Shown piece by piece: positions 25,019 to 38,320 of a DNA stretch of 64,000 nt (position 1 is the stretch's first letter; every line of letters starts with the position of its first letter). Source of the DNA: Squalus acanthias (Eukaryota); assembly GCA_030390025.1 (NCBI GenBank), contig CM059431.1, forward strand, positions 119,724,001 through 119,788,000, written 5' to 3'. Under the pieces are notes generated by a model. The model saw only the letters and a list, made by a program, of their open reading frames with translations. It made no database searches and was not told the origin of the DNA. The translations under genes and the position numbers were made by a program.

Positions 25019-26700
25019 GGCCTAGAAATTCGATATAGCCATGAAACGGGCAGTGTTAAGGCCTAATGATGTTAAGCTGCGCCACCTCAAAATGGTCTAG
25101 GTAGCACAAAAAAATTTGTGCTCACTCCTCAACAACATGATTATAGTCTTGATTTCAATACTAAAACTGCTGCTCATTGGCTTAACGTTCAACAGGTGGA
25201 CCAATATCAGGGGCCAGTCTAATTCCCAGTCATGTGTGGTACAGGCTTTACTCAGTGCTTAAAGGGGACGTGCATTGATGCTACAACACCTCATTGTCAA
25301 GCCAGTTGGAACTGCAGCTGCCAGAAGAAGAAGAAGAAGAAGAAGGAGAATAAGGAACTGCAAAGCCATGGTGGAGCGTTCTCAAAGGGAAAGAGCCCGG
25401 AGATTTTTTTACAAAGCTCTGGAGGCAATGGTTGTGGCTGTGGAGACGAGCTATCCTCTTCCCACAGACTGGAAGGAAGCCCTCACCACACACCTCTTGA
25501 AGGCTGTGGCAGGAGATAGCTGCCCATGTGACGGCCAGCATTGTGGTGCCAAGGTCGGCCATCCAGTGCCGAAAGAAGCTTAATGACCTCACACGAGTGG
25601 TCAAGGTGAGAGAATGCTTCAGCAAATGTCAGATCCCACCATCTGCACCACAAGCCTCAGACATTGCTCAATGCTCCACAGCTCCAGCACTCAACTACCA
25701 ACAATCTCTATCTACCACTACTCACAGCTCACAATCGAGGCCTCACTTCACCTTCACAACCTTACCACTGCTGCAACACTCACCCCCACGTTTCAGACCT
25801 TGCACACACTGACGCTATACAACCTTGGCAGGCACATCATCAAATCACATTGCACCACACTCACTCACACACTTCTCTTTCTCTTGCAGGCCAAGGTCAC
25901 ACATAACTGCCGGTAACAGCGGCAGAGAGGCAGGGGGCAGGCTGCCATTCAGGAACTCAGCCAGCTGGAGAAGAGAGTTCTGCAGATAATTGGGCGGCAG
26001 ATCGTAGACGCTGTGGCAACCGGCGAGGTTGAACCCCTTGGGGACAACAATGGTATGGTCATTCCTAATCCTTCTCACATCCCACTTTCCCCATCTCCCA
26101 CAATCTTTTCTCACTTTAAAACTAATGATGCTGTATGCATGCATATCTTGCTTCCCTCCCCCCGACTCCCCTCACCATAACCTGCCTCTTGTGCATTTCT
26201 GCTTTCAGATAACGAACAACAAGCAGACTGTCCCCGAGGTGATGCATGAGAGCGATGGGGGAGAAGAAGAGGGATTGCAGGGTGTCTCAGAAGCCCAGCA
26301 ATCTGTGCTCAACAGATTGCTAGGAATGCTGAGGTGCCACCTAGGGGGAGTGGCAGTGAGTCAGTGGAGCAGGACCTTGCTGTTCTCTCTCAAGATGGCA
26401 GCATTCCTGTTCCCACCACTGCCACTCTGCCATTGCCCTTGCCGCTACCTGTCAGCCAGCCAGCCCAGACTGCTGCCACCCATGCCAAGATGGTGCAGTC
26501 TGCAGCCGGGCCTTCTAGGGCCAGAGCTGCTCGAGGTTGTCCTGCAAAACCATCTAAAGTCTCCCCCACTGAAATTCAGCAGCCTTCCGCCAGCCATGCT
26601 GCAGCCACTGGGGGAGCACTTCGTAGAAGCACTAGGACAGGAAAGGGCACCCGAACGACAGGCACTAAGGGATTGCACAAGGGTGATTAGTTCATATCAT
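25019..26700 (+). mobile_element. Left half of a Harbinger element (same family as 2548-5328)
   Basis: Left TIR ggcctagaaatt and about 200 bp subterminal homology to 2548-2780; Myb gene remnant; no transposase or right TIR seen. Confidence 0.8.
25368..26690 (+). pseudogene. Three-exon Harbinger Myb/SANT gene (exons about 25368-25605, 25890-26052, 26209-26690)
   Basis: gccATGG start; RERARRF...QCRKKLNDLTRVVK|gtgaga; ctcttgcag|AKVTHNCR*...LEKRVLQIIG...|gtatgg; gctttcag|; frameshift and stop present. Confidence 0.75.
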
Positions 26701-27557
26701 TACAGTAAATATGCTTGAATTGACCCACTTTTATTAAAATTGGGCACCAAAAGTGTAGAAAAATGCTTTATCATCCAACACTGATATTCTTCACCTCAAT
26801 GAGCCCAATATTCAGACAGAAATATAAAACAGGAGCATTCATACATGCCCAAGTAAGGGGAGGATTAAATAGGACTAATGTATCTGCAGTCCATCTTTTA
26901 TTTTTTCTGCAATGGAAATGGAATAAGTTCATGTTTTCAGAATGCACAAAATTTTCAATTTATCGTCACTTTCTATTTCTGTTGCTGAGCTTTCCATCCA
27001 GTCATCTAACCTGCCATTATTTTGATGAGCCTTAATCTTCTTTATAAGCCTCATTATATTGAACCTGATCAATTGCCTTCTGAAAATCTGAGTAGATTGA
27101 ATCCATTGGATTACCCTAATCAATCTTGTCTTTTTGAACATATCTGTGAGGTAACTCGTGTTCTTCCTACATTCACGCTGATCATTCTTTATTGCATTCA
27201 TATTTTTTAAATGACCATAATAGAATCTGTAAAATGCTGCAGAACATTTTACCATACCCAACATTCGGTTAACTTTTCTACAATTTACAGGTTCATATCT
27301 CCCTTTCTAAAATGTCATCATATAATTCGCTATCCTCCAATCCTCAGGCACAGCTCTTATGTTTTTCAAAGTCTTAAAACAACTAACCAGAGCTCACCTA
27401 TTTCCTCCCTTGTCCCCTTGAGAAATCCAAGCTGTATGCCTTCTAGACAATGAATTTCTTGTGTTTTTCATAATGTATGCTTTAATGAGGTCTCCATATG
27501 CTATAGAATTCTCAAGCCAAAATCATTTGATCTGGAATTAGTCCATTTAGAATCATA

Positions 27558-29500
27558 GGCCCTGATTTTACCATCCCCACGCCAACCCTCGACGGGCAGG
27601 AAAGGGTCGGGGAAGGGGTTAATATCCAAAAAATTAACGTAAGTAATGAAGAAAGTAATGGCACTAAAGAGTGACAAATCCCCAGGACCAGATGGTTTCC
27701 ATCCCAGGAATTTAAAGGAAGTAGGTGAACACATTGCAGATGCCCTAACTATAATCTTCCAAAGTTCTCTCGATTTTAGGAACCATTCCTTTAGATTGGA
27801 AAATTGCGCATGTTACTCCGCTATTTAAAAATGGCGAGAGAGGGAAACCAGGGAATTACAGACCAGTTAGCCTAATATCTGTTGTGGGGAAATTGCTAGA
27901 GTCGATAATTAAGGATAGGGTGACTGAACACCTCAAAAATGTTCAGTTTATCAGAGAGAGCCAGCATGGATTTGTGAAAGGTAGGTCATGCCTGACAAAC
28001 CTGATTTAATTTTTTGAGGCGGTGACTAAAGTAGTGGACAGGGGGATGTCTATGGATGTCATTTATATGGGCTTCCAGAAGGCATTTGATAAAGTCCCAC
28101 ATAAGAGCCTGTTAACTAAGGTAGAAGCCCATGGAATTGAGGGCAAATTATTGACTTGGTTAGGAAATTGGCTGAGCGGCAGGAGACAGAGAGTAGGGAT
28201 AATGGGCAAGTACTCTAATTGGCAGGATGTGACTAGTGATATCCCGTAGGGATCTGTGTTGGGGCCTCAACTATTCACCGTATTTATTAATGACTTAGAT
28301 GATGGTATAGAAAGTCATATATCCAAATTTGCTGATGACACAAAGATAGGCGGCATTGTAGGCAGTGTAGATGGAAGCATAAAATGACAAAGGGATATTG
28401 ATAGATTAAGTGAATGGGCAAAACTGTGGCAACTGGATTTCAATGTAGGCAAATGTGAGGTCATCCACTTTGGTCCTAAAAAGGATAGAACAGGGTACTT
28501 TCTAAATGGTGAAAAGCTATAAACAGTGGAGGTCCAAAGAGACTTGGTACATAGATCATTAAAATATCATGAACAGGTACAGAAAATACTCAAAAAGGCT
28601 AATGGAATGCTGGCCTTTATATCTAGAGGACTAGAATATAAGGGGGTAGAAGTTAGGCTGCAGCTATACAAAACCCTGGTTAGAACACACCTGGAGTACT
28701 GTGAGCAGTTCTGGGCACCACACTTTAGGAAGGATATATTGGTCTTGGAGGGAGTGTAGCAGAATAATAGCCGAACTTCAAGGGTTAAGTTATGAGGAGA
28801 GATTACACAAATTAGGGTTGTATTCCCTAAAATTTAGAAGGCTAAGGGGTGATCTGATCGAAGTTTTCAAGATATTAAGAGGAACAGATAGGGTCGATAG
28901 AGAGAAACTATTTCCGCTGGTTGGGGATTCTAGGACTAAGGGGCATAGTCTAAAATTTAGAGCCAGACCTTTCAGGAGTGAAATTAGGAAACACTTCTAC
29001 ACACAAAGGCTGGTAGAAGTTTGGATCTTTCTTCCGCAAATGGCAATTGGTGCTAGATCAATTGTTAATTTTAAATCGGAGATTGATAGGAATTAAGGGA
29101 TATGGGCCAAAGGCAGGTATATGGAGTTAGGTCATATATCAACCATGATCTCATTGAATGGCGGAAAAGGCTTGAGGGGCTGAATGGCCTAACAGGCTTG
29201 TGGGGCTGAATGGCCTACTCCTGTTCCTATGTTCCTATCCCGCTTCCAAGCCACTGCATTCCTGGCTGCTGTCTTATTTACAATGGTGATTCGGGCCCTG
29301 GATGAGGCTCCCATTAAAAACAGGCATGGGTCTACTTAAGAGTCAGAAGTCATGTCCTGATGATGTCATTGGTGCTGTGACATAATTTTAAGGTTGACGC
29401 AGGGGGGAGTCCTGCTGTCTGTTCACTGTCAGAGGAGCCGACTGGCCAGAAGAGGCCCAGGTAAGTATTGAATTCCTTGTGGGTCAAGAGGACCAGGAGA
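27558..29500. mobile_element. Harbinger-type MITE split by a CR1 insertion
   Basis: Left end ggccctgattttacc at 27558; MITE-like sequence resumes at about 29238 and runs to the caggtaagt/ccttgtggg module. Confidence 0.5.
27640..29238 (+). mobile_element. CR1 LINE RT and 3' end
   Basis: KSPGPDG, QHGF, FQKAFDKVPH, FADD (28328-28339), YKTLVRTHLEYC, RGDLIEVFKIL; duplicated 3' UTR block and (tgttccta)n tail. Confidence 0.93.
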
Positions 29501-29640
29501 GAACTGAAATCAGTTCTGATGAAAGATCATTGACCTGAAAAGCGAGCTCTCTTTCTCTCTCTACAGATGTTGCCTAACCTGCTGAGTGTTTTCCAGCTTT
29601 TTCTGTTTTTATTTTAGATTTCCAGATTTCCTGGAATTTT
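29501..29640 (+). repeat. PLE terminal fragment with hammerhead-like core
   Basis: agtt-CTGATGA-a-agatca/tgacct-GAAA...agct; short 5' inversion gaactga/tcagttc. Confidence 0.6.
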
Positions 29641-31718
29641 CTTCTTTTTCTTTTTTATTAGCTGTGTTCAAGCTGTGTTTTTCTCTTTTCCAATCAGATA
29701 TTTTCTACCATTGTTATGTTTTCATTAGTTATCAATCATATTGTGCAAAACATTTCACTCCAATTTCAGCTTTATGCACAATCACATTCTGCCAAAAAAA
29801 TGAAGTTCCAGAAAAACCATGGGAGTTTTGCTGATCTCCTGTTGTAACTCCAGTAGGAGACTGGTGAAACTCATTGGAAAATGACAGATGGGTCTCCACC
29901 TTTTCCAAGATTTTTCGACATGCTTAGAAAGGGGCAGATCCTTTGCCCACCCATTCCATATAGATTGTGAATTGCTCAGGCCCAAGCACTGATCCTTCCG
30001 GTACCCCACTAGATTCAGCTTGCCAACCTGAAAATGACCCGGATGGACGAAAGTGGGCAACACTGTGGGAGAGGAAGGGTCCAGGCTCCAGGAAAGCACC
30101 CTGGACTCCTGCAAAAATGGAAAAATGTTGCTTTTAACAAAATTCTTCATCACCCCCTTTACACAGGGGGCCAAGGCAATCGTGGCTGAGTTCTTAAGGG
30201 AATTGGCTTGGGCAACCCACCTAATGGCAGGCAAGAGCCAGATTCCCCAGCTGCGGAGGGAGGTGGGCATTGGAGATGCAGCCGCGGTGCCTGTACCCCC
30301 TTGCCCATGCAAATTATGTGCCCTCCCATAGCCTCTACAAACTGCCGTGGAGTCAGCACCGGCAGGTATGATCCCGACGGAATTGCTGGGATTATTCCCG
30401 AAGATATTGAGGGACAAAGCCATCACAATTACATTCCAGCAAATAATGATTCTCCGAGCCACATGATCCTTGACAGCTCCTCACTCAGCCCACAATATAC
30501 CCCCAAATAGAAAACTTGGCGCATTACAAATTTCACAAAAACAAAAATCACATATTTACCCATAAGCTTGGTGCTAACAATTTCCCATTTCATCTTTTTC
30601 AAACAACTCAATGGACAATATAAAGCTTCTGAAGATTGTGGGCTTCTACTACACTCACTCTTCCCCCAGTTCACAAATAGAGAATCAAGGCTTCCTCTCA
30701 GTTGAGTGGCTATTAACAGTTAATGTTCAAGTATAACTGATGGGCACTCAATTGCAAGTATACTTGGATAAAGATATTTTGATTTGGCACTTAATTAAAG
30801 AGCTTGGGACTAGAAATGCAGGATGCAATGTTAATATATTACCATTAATTACTGATGAATTTACAATATTTTCAGTTGAAAAAATTACAAAAATGCATTC
30901 TTTTGATTACTCTTATTTCTACCATTCACCTCTACATGATCCATATTTTACCATCCTCCAGAACACAGCCTAACCTTTAGGTTGCAGTGATGCATGTTCC
31001 CTGATCTTGACAACAAACAGCCCCAGAATTTCAACAGCTCTGGTTGAATGCTGTGGTATAGCTTTAACTACAAAAAAAAACATATTACTGATGGTTCATA
31101 ATAACCTGGCAGCGTTGCTACAGGAATAGTCTCGCAGAAAACTAAACTACAGCAGTGAAAAAATGTGTGACTTGAAGATTGATCCACAATCTGTCTCTAT
31201 TGACTGAGGTTTCGAGGTTAAGAGGTTACCATGAGGGGTATCAGAAAAGAAAAACATGGATGATGTTTTAGACATTGCAAGACAGAAACTCTTGGGGCTG
31301 GAGAGGACAGAGAGTGGGCACATTACCTGCCAAGGGGTCAGAATTTGGACCAAACCCATTTTTGCCATGTTTGTGCCTTGTTTAATTGCTGCCCAAAGTT
31401 TGACTGGAGAGAGATGTGGTGAGTCTTCCAGTTGCCCACCTACCTGAAGGGGGCGTGGCTGGAGAGCTCCCAGGCTATTCTGGGAAATCCACACCATTAT
31501 GTCTTTGCTAGGCCTCAACAGAACTGTTGCCAGTTAAAGCCCAGCATGAGTTCTGTTCAAGCTCTTAGAAAGGCCCCAAAAATCACAAAGGAAATGCTAA
31601 TCGTTTGCAGAGGGGATTGATTGCCTTTCAAACTGTGCTACCTTAGGAGCATTAAACAAAAATTACCTTGCTTCTCTTCAGCCCGTCCTGGGTTATTATT
31701 CCACCATCAGAATGGCTA

Positions 31719-34700
31719 TGGGTAGCTCTGACATACACTGATGGTTCGGGGATTGTAGCTCTGACATCCACTGATGGATCGGGGATTGTAGCTCTGACAT
31801 ACAGTGATGGCTCGGGGTGGGTCACTCTGACATACACTGATGGATTGGGGATTGTAGCTCTGTCATACACTGATGGATCAGGGATTGTAGTTCTGACATA
31901 CACTGATTGATCGGGGTGGGTAGCTCTGACATACACTGATGGATCGGGGATTGTCGCTCTGACATACACTGATGGTTCAGGGATTGTAGCTCTGACATAC
32001 ACTGATGGATCGGGGTGGGTAGCTCTGACATACACTGATGGATCGGGGATTGTAGCTCTGACATACAGTGATGGATCGGGGTGGGTAGCTCTGACATACA
32101 CTGATGGTTCAGGGATTGTCGCTCTGACATACACTGATGGATCGGGGATTGTAGCTCTGACATACACTGATGGATCAGGGATTGTCGCTCTGACATACAC
32201 TGATGGATCGGGGTGGGTCGCTCTGACATACACTGATGGATCGGGGATTGTAGCTCTGACATACACTGATTGATCGGGGATTGTAGCTCTGACATACACT
32301 GATGGATCGGGGATTGTAGCTCTGACATACACTGATGGATCGGGGATTGTAGCTCTGACATCCACTGATGGATCAGGGATTGTAGCTCTGACATACACTG
32401 ATGGATCGGGGATTGTAGCTCTGACATACAGTGATGGATCGGGGATTGTAGCTCTGACATACAGTGATGGCTCGGGGTGGGTCACTCTGACATACACTGA
32501 TGGATTGGGGATTGTAGCTCTGTCATACACTGATGGATCAGGGATTGTAGTTCTGACATACACTGATGGATCGGGGTGGGTAGCTCTGACATACACTGAT
32601 GGTTCAGGGATTGTAGCTCTGACATACACTGATGGATTGGGGTGGGAGCTCTGACATACACTGATGGTTCAGGGATTGTAGCTCTGACATACACTGATGG
32701 ATTGGGGTGGGAGCTCTGACATACACTGATGGTTCAGGGATTGTAGCTCTGACATACAGTGATGGATCAGGGATTGTCGCTCTGACATACACTGATGGAT
32801 CGGGGATTGTAGCTCTGACATACACTGATGGATCGGGGATTGTAGTTCTGACATACACTGATGGATCGGGTGGGTCGCTCTGACATACACTGATGGATCG
32901 GGGTGGGTCGCTCTGACATACACTGATTGATCGGGGATTGTAGCTTTGACATACACTGATGGATCGGGGATTGTAGCTCTGACATACACTGATGGATCGG
33001 GGATTGTAGCTCTGACATACAGTGATGGATCGGGGATTGTAGCTCTGACATACACTGATGGATCGGGGATTGTAGCTCTGACATCCACTGATGGATCGGG
33101 GATTGTAGCTCTGACATACACTGATGGATCGGGGATTGTAGCTCTGACATACACTGATGGATCGGGGATTGTAGCTCTGACATACACTGATGGATCGGGG
33201 ATTGTAGCTCTGACATACGCTGATGGATCAGGGATTGTAGCTCTGACATACACTGATGGATCAGGGATTGTAGCTCTGACATACACTGATGGATCAGGGA
33301 TTGTAGCTCTGACATACACTGATGGATCGGGGATTGTAGCTCTGACATACACTGATGGATCGGGGTGGGTAGCTCTGACATACATTGATGGATCGGGGAT
33401 TGTAGCTCTGACATACACTGATGGATCGGGGATTGTAGCTCTGACATACACTGATGGATCGGGGATTGTAGCTCTGACATACACTGATGGTTCAGGGATT
33501 GTAGCTCTGACATACACTGATGGATCGGGGATTGTAGCTCTGACATACACTGATGGATCGGGGATTGTAGCTCTGACATACATTGATGGATCGGGGATTG
33601 TAGCTCTGACATACACTGATGGATCGGGGATTGTAGCTCTGACATACATTGATGGATCGGGGATTGTAGCTCTGACATACACTGATGGATCAGGGATTGT
33701 AGCTCTGACATACACTGATGGATCGGGGATTGTAGCTCTGACATACATTGATGGATCGGGGATTGTAGCTCTGACATACACTGATGGATCGGGGATTGTA
33801 GCTCTGAAATCCACTGATGGATCAGGGATTGTAGCTCTGACATACACTGATGGATCGGGGATTGTAGCTCTGACATACACTGATGGATCAGGGATTGTAG
33901 CTCTGACATACACTGATGGATCGGGGATTGTAGCTCTGACATCCACTGATGGATCAGGGATTGTAGCTCTGACATACACTGATGGATCGGGGATTGTAGC
34001 TCTGACATCCACTGATGGATCAGGGATTGTAGCTCTGACATACACTGATGGATCAGGGATTGTAGCTCTGACATACACTGATGGATCGGGGATTGTAGCT
34101 CTGACATACACTGATTGATCGGGGATTGTAGCTCTGACATACACTGATGGATCAGGGATTGTAGCTCTGACATACACTGATTGATCGGGGATTGTAGCTC
34201 TGACATACACTGATGGATCGGGGATTGTAGCTCTGACATCCACTGATGGATCAGGGATTGTAGCTCTGACATACACTGATGGATCGGGGTGGGTAGCTCT
34301 GACATACACTGATTGATCGGGGATTGTAGCTCTGACATACACTGATGGATCGGGGTGGGTAGCTCTGACATACACTGATGGATCGGGGATTGTAGCTCTG
34401 ACATACACTGATGGATCGGGGTGGGTAGCTCTGACATACACTGATTGATCGGGGATTGTAGCTCTGACATACACTGATGGATCGGGGTGGGTAGCTCTGA
34501 CATACACTGATGGATCGGGGATTGTCGCTCTGACATACACTGATGGATCGGGGATTGTAGCTCTGACATACACTGACGGATCAGGTTGGGTCGCTCTGAC
34601 ATACAGTGATGGATCGGGGATTGTAGCTCTGACATACACTGACGGATCGGGGATTGTAGCTCTGACATACACTGATGGATCGGGGATTGTAGCTCTGACA

Positions 34701-36267
34701 TACACAGATGGATCGGGGTGGGTAGCTCTGACATACACTGATGGATCGGGGATTGTAGCTCTGACATACACTGATTGATCAGGGATTGTAGCTCTGACAT
34801 ACACAGATGGATCGGGGTGGGTAGCTCTGACATACACTGATGGATCGGGGATTGTAGCTCTGACATACACTGATGGATCGGGGATTGTAGCTCTGACATA
34901 CACAGATGGATCGGGGTGGGTAGCTCTGACATACACTGTTGGATCAGGGATTGTAGCTCTGACATACACTGATTGATCGGGGATTGTAGCTCTGACATAC
35001 ATTGATGGATCGGGGATTGTAGCTCTGACATACACTGATGGATCGGGGATTGTAGCTCTGACATACACTGATTGATCGGGGATTGTAGCTCTGACATACA
35101 CTGATTGATCGGGGATTGTAGCTCTGACATACGCTGATGGTTCAGGGATTGTCGCTCTGACATACACTGATGGATCGGGGATTGTAGCTCTGACATACAC
35201 TGATTGATCGGGGATTGTAGCTCTGACATACACTGATGGATCGGGGATTGTAGCTCTGACATACACTGATGGATCGGGGATTGTAGCTCTGACATACACA
35301 GATGGATCGGGGTGGGTAGCTCTGACATACACTGATGGATCGGGGTGGGTAGCTCTGACATACACTGATTGATCGGGGATTGTAGCTCTGACATACATTG
35401 ATGGATCGGGGATTGTAGCTCTGACATACACTGATGGATCGGGGATTGTAGCTCTGACATACACTGATTGATCGGGGATTGTAGCTCTGACATACACTGA
35501 TTGATCGGGGATTGTAGCTCTGACATACGCTGATGGTTCAGGGATTGTCGCTCTGACATACACTGATGGATCGGGGATTGTAGCTCTGACATACACTGAT
35601 TGATCGGGGATTGTAGCTCTGACATACACTGATTGATCGGGGATTGTAGCTCTGACATACGCTGATGGTTCAGGGATTGTCGCTCTGACATACACTGATG
35701 GATCTGGGTGGGTCGCTCTGACATACACTGACGGATCAGGTTGGGTCGCTCTGACATACACTGATGGTTCAGGGATTGTAGCTCTGACATACACTGATGG
35801 ATCGGGGATTGTAGCTCTGACATACACTGATGGATCGGGGATTGTAGCTCTGACATACACTGATGGTTCAGGGATTGTAGCTCTGACATACACTGATGGA
35901 TCGGGGATTGTAGCTCTGACATACACTGATGGTTCAGGGATTGTAGCTCTGACATACACTGATGGATCGGGGATTGTAGCTCTGACATACGCTGATGGTT
36001 CAGGGATTGTCGCTCTGACATACACTGATGGATCGGGGATTGTAGCTCTGACATACACTGATGGATCGGGGATTGTAGCTCTGACATACAGTGATGGATC
36101 GGGGATTGTAGCTCTGACATACACTGATGGATCGGGGATTGTAGCTCTGACATACAGTGATGGCTCGGGGTGGGTCACTCTGACATACATTGATGGATCG
36201 GGGATTGTCGCTCTGACATACACTGATGGATCAGGGATTGTAGCTCTGACATACATTGATGGATCGG
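31719..36267. repeat. 33-bp minisatellite, about 138 units (consensus gggattgtagctctgacatacactgatggatcg)
   Basis: Direct tandem repetition read from the sequence; variant units (gggtgggtagc, gattgatcg, ggttcagg) recur in blocks. Confidence 0.98.
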
Positions 36268-36799
36268 TGCAGGCAGTTCTTATGAGTCCTTACAGCTGCA
36301 GGCTACCCACCCTCATGATTCTAATGACTCCATCCATACAAGTAGTGATATGGTCTGCACCCCTCTGTATAGGTGTCCAGATGTTCTGCTCCACTACACT
36401 TGCACTGGCAGTGAGATTCGCAGTGTCATAGGAAATGTCACCTCTGTAACTTTACGTCCACAATGTGGCCATACTTACAAATGGAGTTCATTGCATTGAG
36501 AATTTGGTTCTATGAAATTAAAATAAACAATTAAAAAAATGTAAATATTCTAAAATACAATGAATAGTGAGAAGCCACAGGACTTGATTCAGATCAAATG
36601 TATGTGCTGATTTGTTAACCCACAAGCGACAAATTTAACAAAGAACTACAGTCAGTGCATGATACTTTGTTATGGATTTTGTTCTATGTATGCCACATGC
36701 TTGATAAGCAATTTAATTGATGAAGTTATGAATTTTAAATGCAAACTGCATTGATGTACAGCTTGTGGGGTGTTTCCTGTAATTGCACTGTGAAACACT

Positions 36800-37500
36800 G
36801 GGCCAAAGTTTGCTGTCAAATTAACGATGAATCTAATGGCGCTCACCGTAATTTATGCGTAAATGGTACACCAACTTCAGAGGAGGGGCAGATGCGTGGT
36901 TAATCTCAAATATTCAAAAGTTGCTGTCCGAGTTGTGCCGCTCTGCTGTTGTCTTTGCGAAAGCGGCAACTCGCTGTCTGCCTCACCATTGAAATGCATT
37001 GCATGGTGTGAAGTTGCTGTATTTGCGCGATAGATATGAACTAAACTTGCCACAGAAAGTTAAGTCTTGTCCATTTCAGTCTAAGTACCCTTTTAACGAT
37101 GTGATAAGTGTTAAATACTGCCAAGCAATGTCTCTGGCACTGAAAATCAACTATTACAAGTGCGGAGTCTCATTCCTTCAGGTTTTAATTGTTTTGGAGA
37201 TTTTTAAGATGTTTAAAATTTACATTTTTTTTTACTTTTTCTTTCTGTCTCTTTTGTTTTCTCTCTCTCTAAGTCCAATCTTTCTTTCCCTCTCTGTATT
37301 TCTCTTTCTGTACCTGATTTGATATTGAATTCACCCACTCTAATTTACACTTCCTTCTCAGTCCTTGTGCTGTTTCTTTCTCAAACCTTCAATCGGATTG
37401 GTTAAGGAGATATACAGTTGCTTGCCTTGTTCACTCAGGTCACAGATGCCCTGTTTCCCTCGCTGTGATGTTATCAGCTCAAATACAAACTATAATGCGT
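36800..37500. mobile_element. Probable non-autonomous DNA transposon fragment
   Basis: Left end gggccaaagtttg resembles the other TIRs; internal block 37105-37142 recurs at about 37730-37764. Confidence 0.4.
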
Positions 37501-37764
37501 GGAGCTGACATCAAGTATAGTATTTGAGAAAGTTTAAAACATTTGCAGTTGGTCATTCCAATGTAATTCTATAGTGCAGACGTGAAGAGAGGTTTAAAAA
37601 AATAAAAGAGAAGAGAAGGTAAATCAGGAATTAGGGATTAAGTTATGTCAAGTTTTGGTTTGTAAGAGGCAGTAAAAATGTAGAGCAGTTCTGAGCTTGT
37701 GGGAAAGAATGAATTAAAGTTTTGGGTAATTGTTAATTACTGCCCAGCCATGTCTCTGGCACTG

Positions 37765-38320
37765 GGTATTTGTGTACAGTTTTGGTCTCGTTACCTAAGG
37801 AAGGATATACTTGCCATAGAGGGAGTGCAACGAAGGTTCACCAGACTGGTTCCTGGGATGGGGGGATTGTCCTATGAGAAGAGATTGAGTAGACTGGGCC
37901 TATATTCTCCAGAGTTTAGAAGAATGAGAGGTGATCTCATTGAAACATACAAAATTCTTACAGGGCTTGACAGGGTAGATGCAGGGAGGATGTTTCCCCT
38001 GGCTGGGGAGTCTAGAACCAGGGGTCACAGTCTCAGAATAAGGGGTCGGCCATTTAGGACTGAGATGAGGAGAAATTTCTTCACTCAGAGGGTGGTGAAT
38101 CTTTGGAATTCTCTACTCCAGAGGGCTGTGGTGCCTCAGTCGTGAGTATATTCAAGACAGAGAGCAATAGATATTTTGAATATTAAGGGAATCAAGAGAT
38201 ATGGGGATAGTGCAGGAAAGTGGAGATGAGGAAGATGATCAGCCATGATTTTAATAAATGGCGGAGCAGGCTCGAAGGGCCAAATGGCCTACTCCTGCTC
38301 CTAATTCTTATGTTCTTATT
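37765..38320 (+). mobile_element. CR1 LINE 3' fragment
   Basis: CVQFWSRYLRKDILAIEGVQRRFTRLVPGM...FFTQRVVNLWNSL; ttcttatgttctta tail. Confidence 0.93.

Noticed and set aside
29782..30462. 226-aa minus-strand ORF
   Set aside because: Crosses CR1 and MITE remnants; no recognisable domain or splice structure.
32669..36256. 1195-aa, 1128-aa and 390-aa ORFs as protein-coding genes
   Set aside because: They overlap on both strands of a 33-bp (11-codon) tandem repeat, so long ORFs are expected artefacts.
31719..36267. CRISPR array or hammerhead-bearing satellite
   Set aside because: No unique spacers or cas genes, eukaryotic context; the unit has CTGATGG but no CTGANGA/GAAA core.
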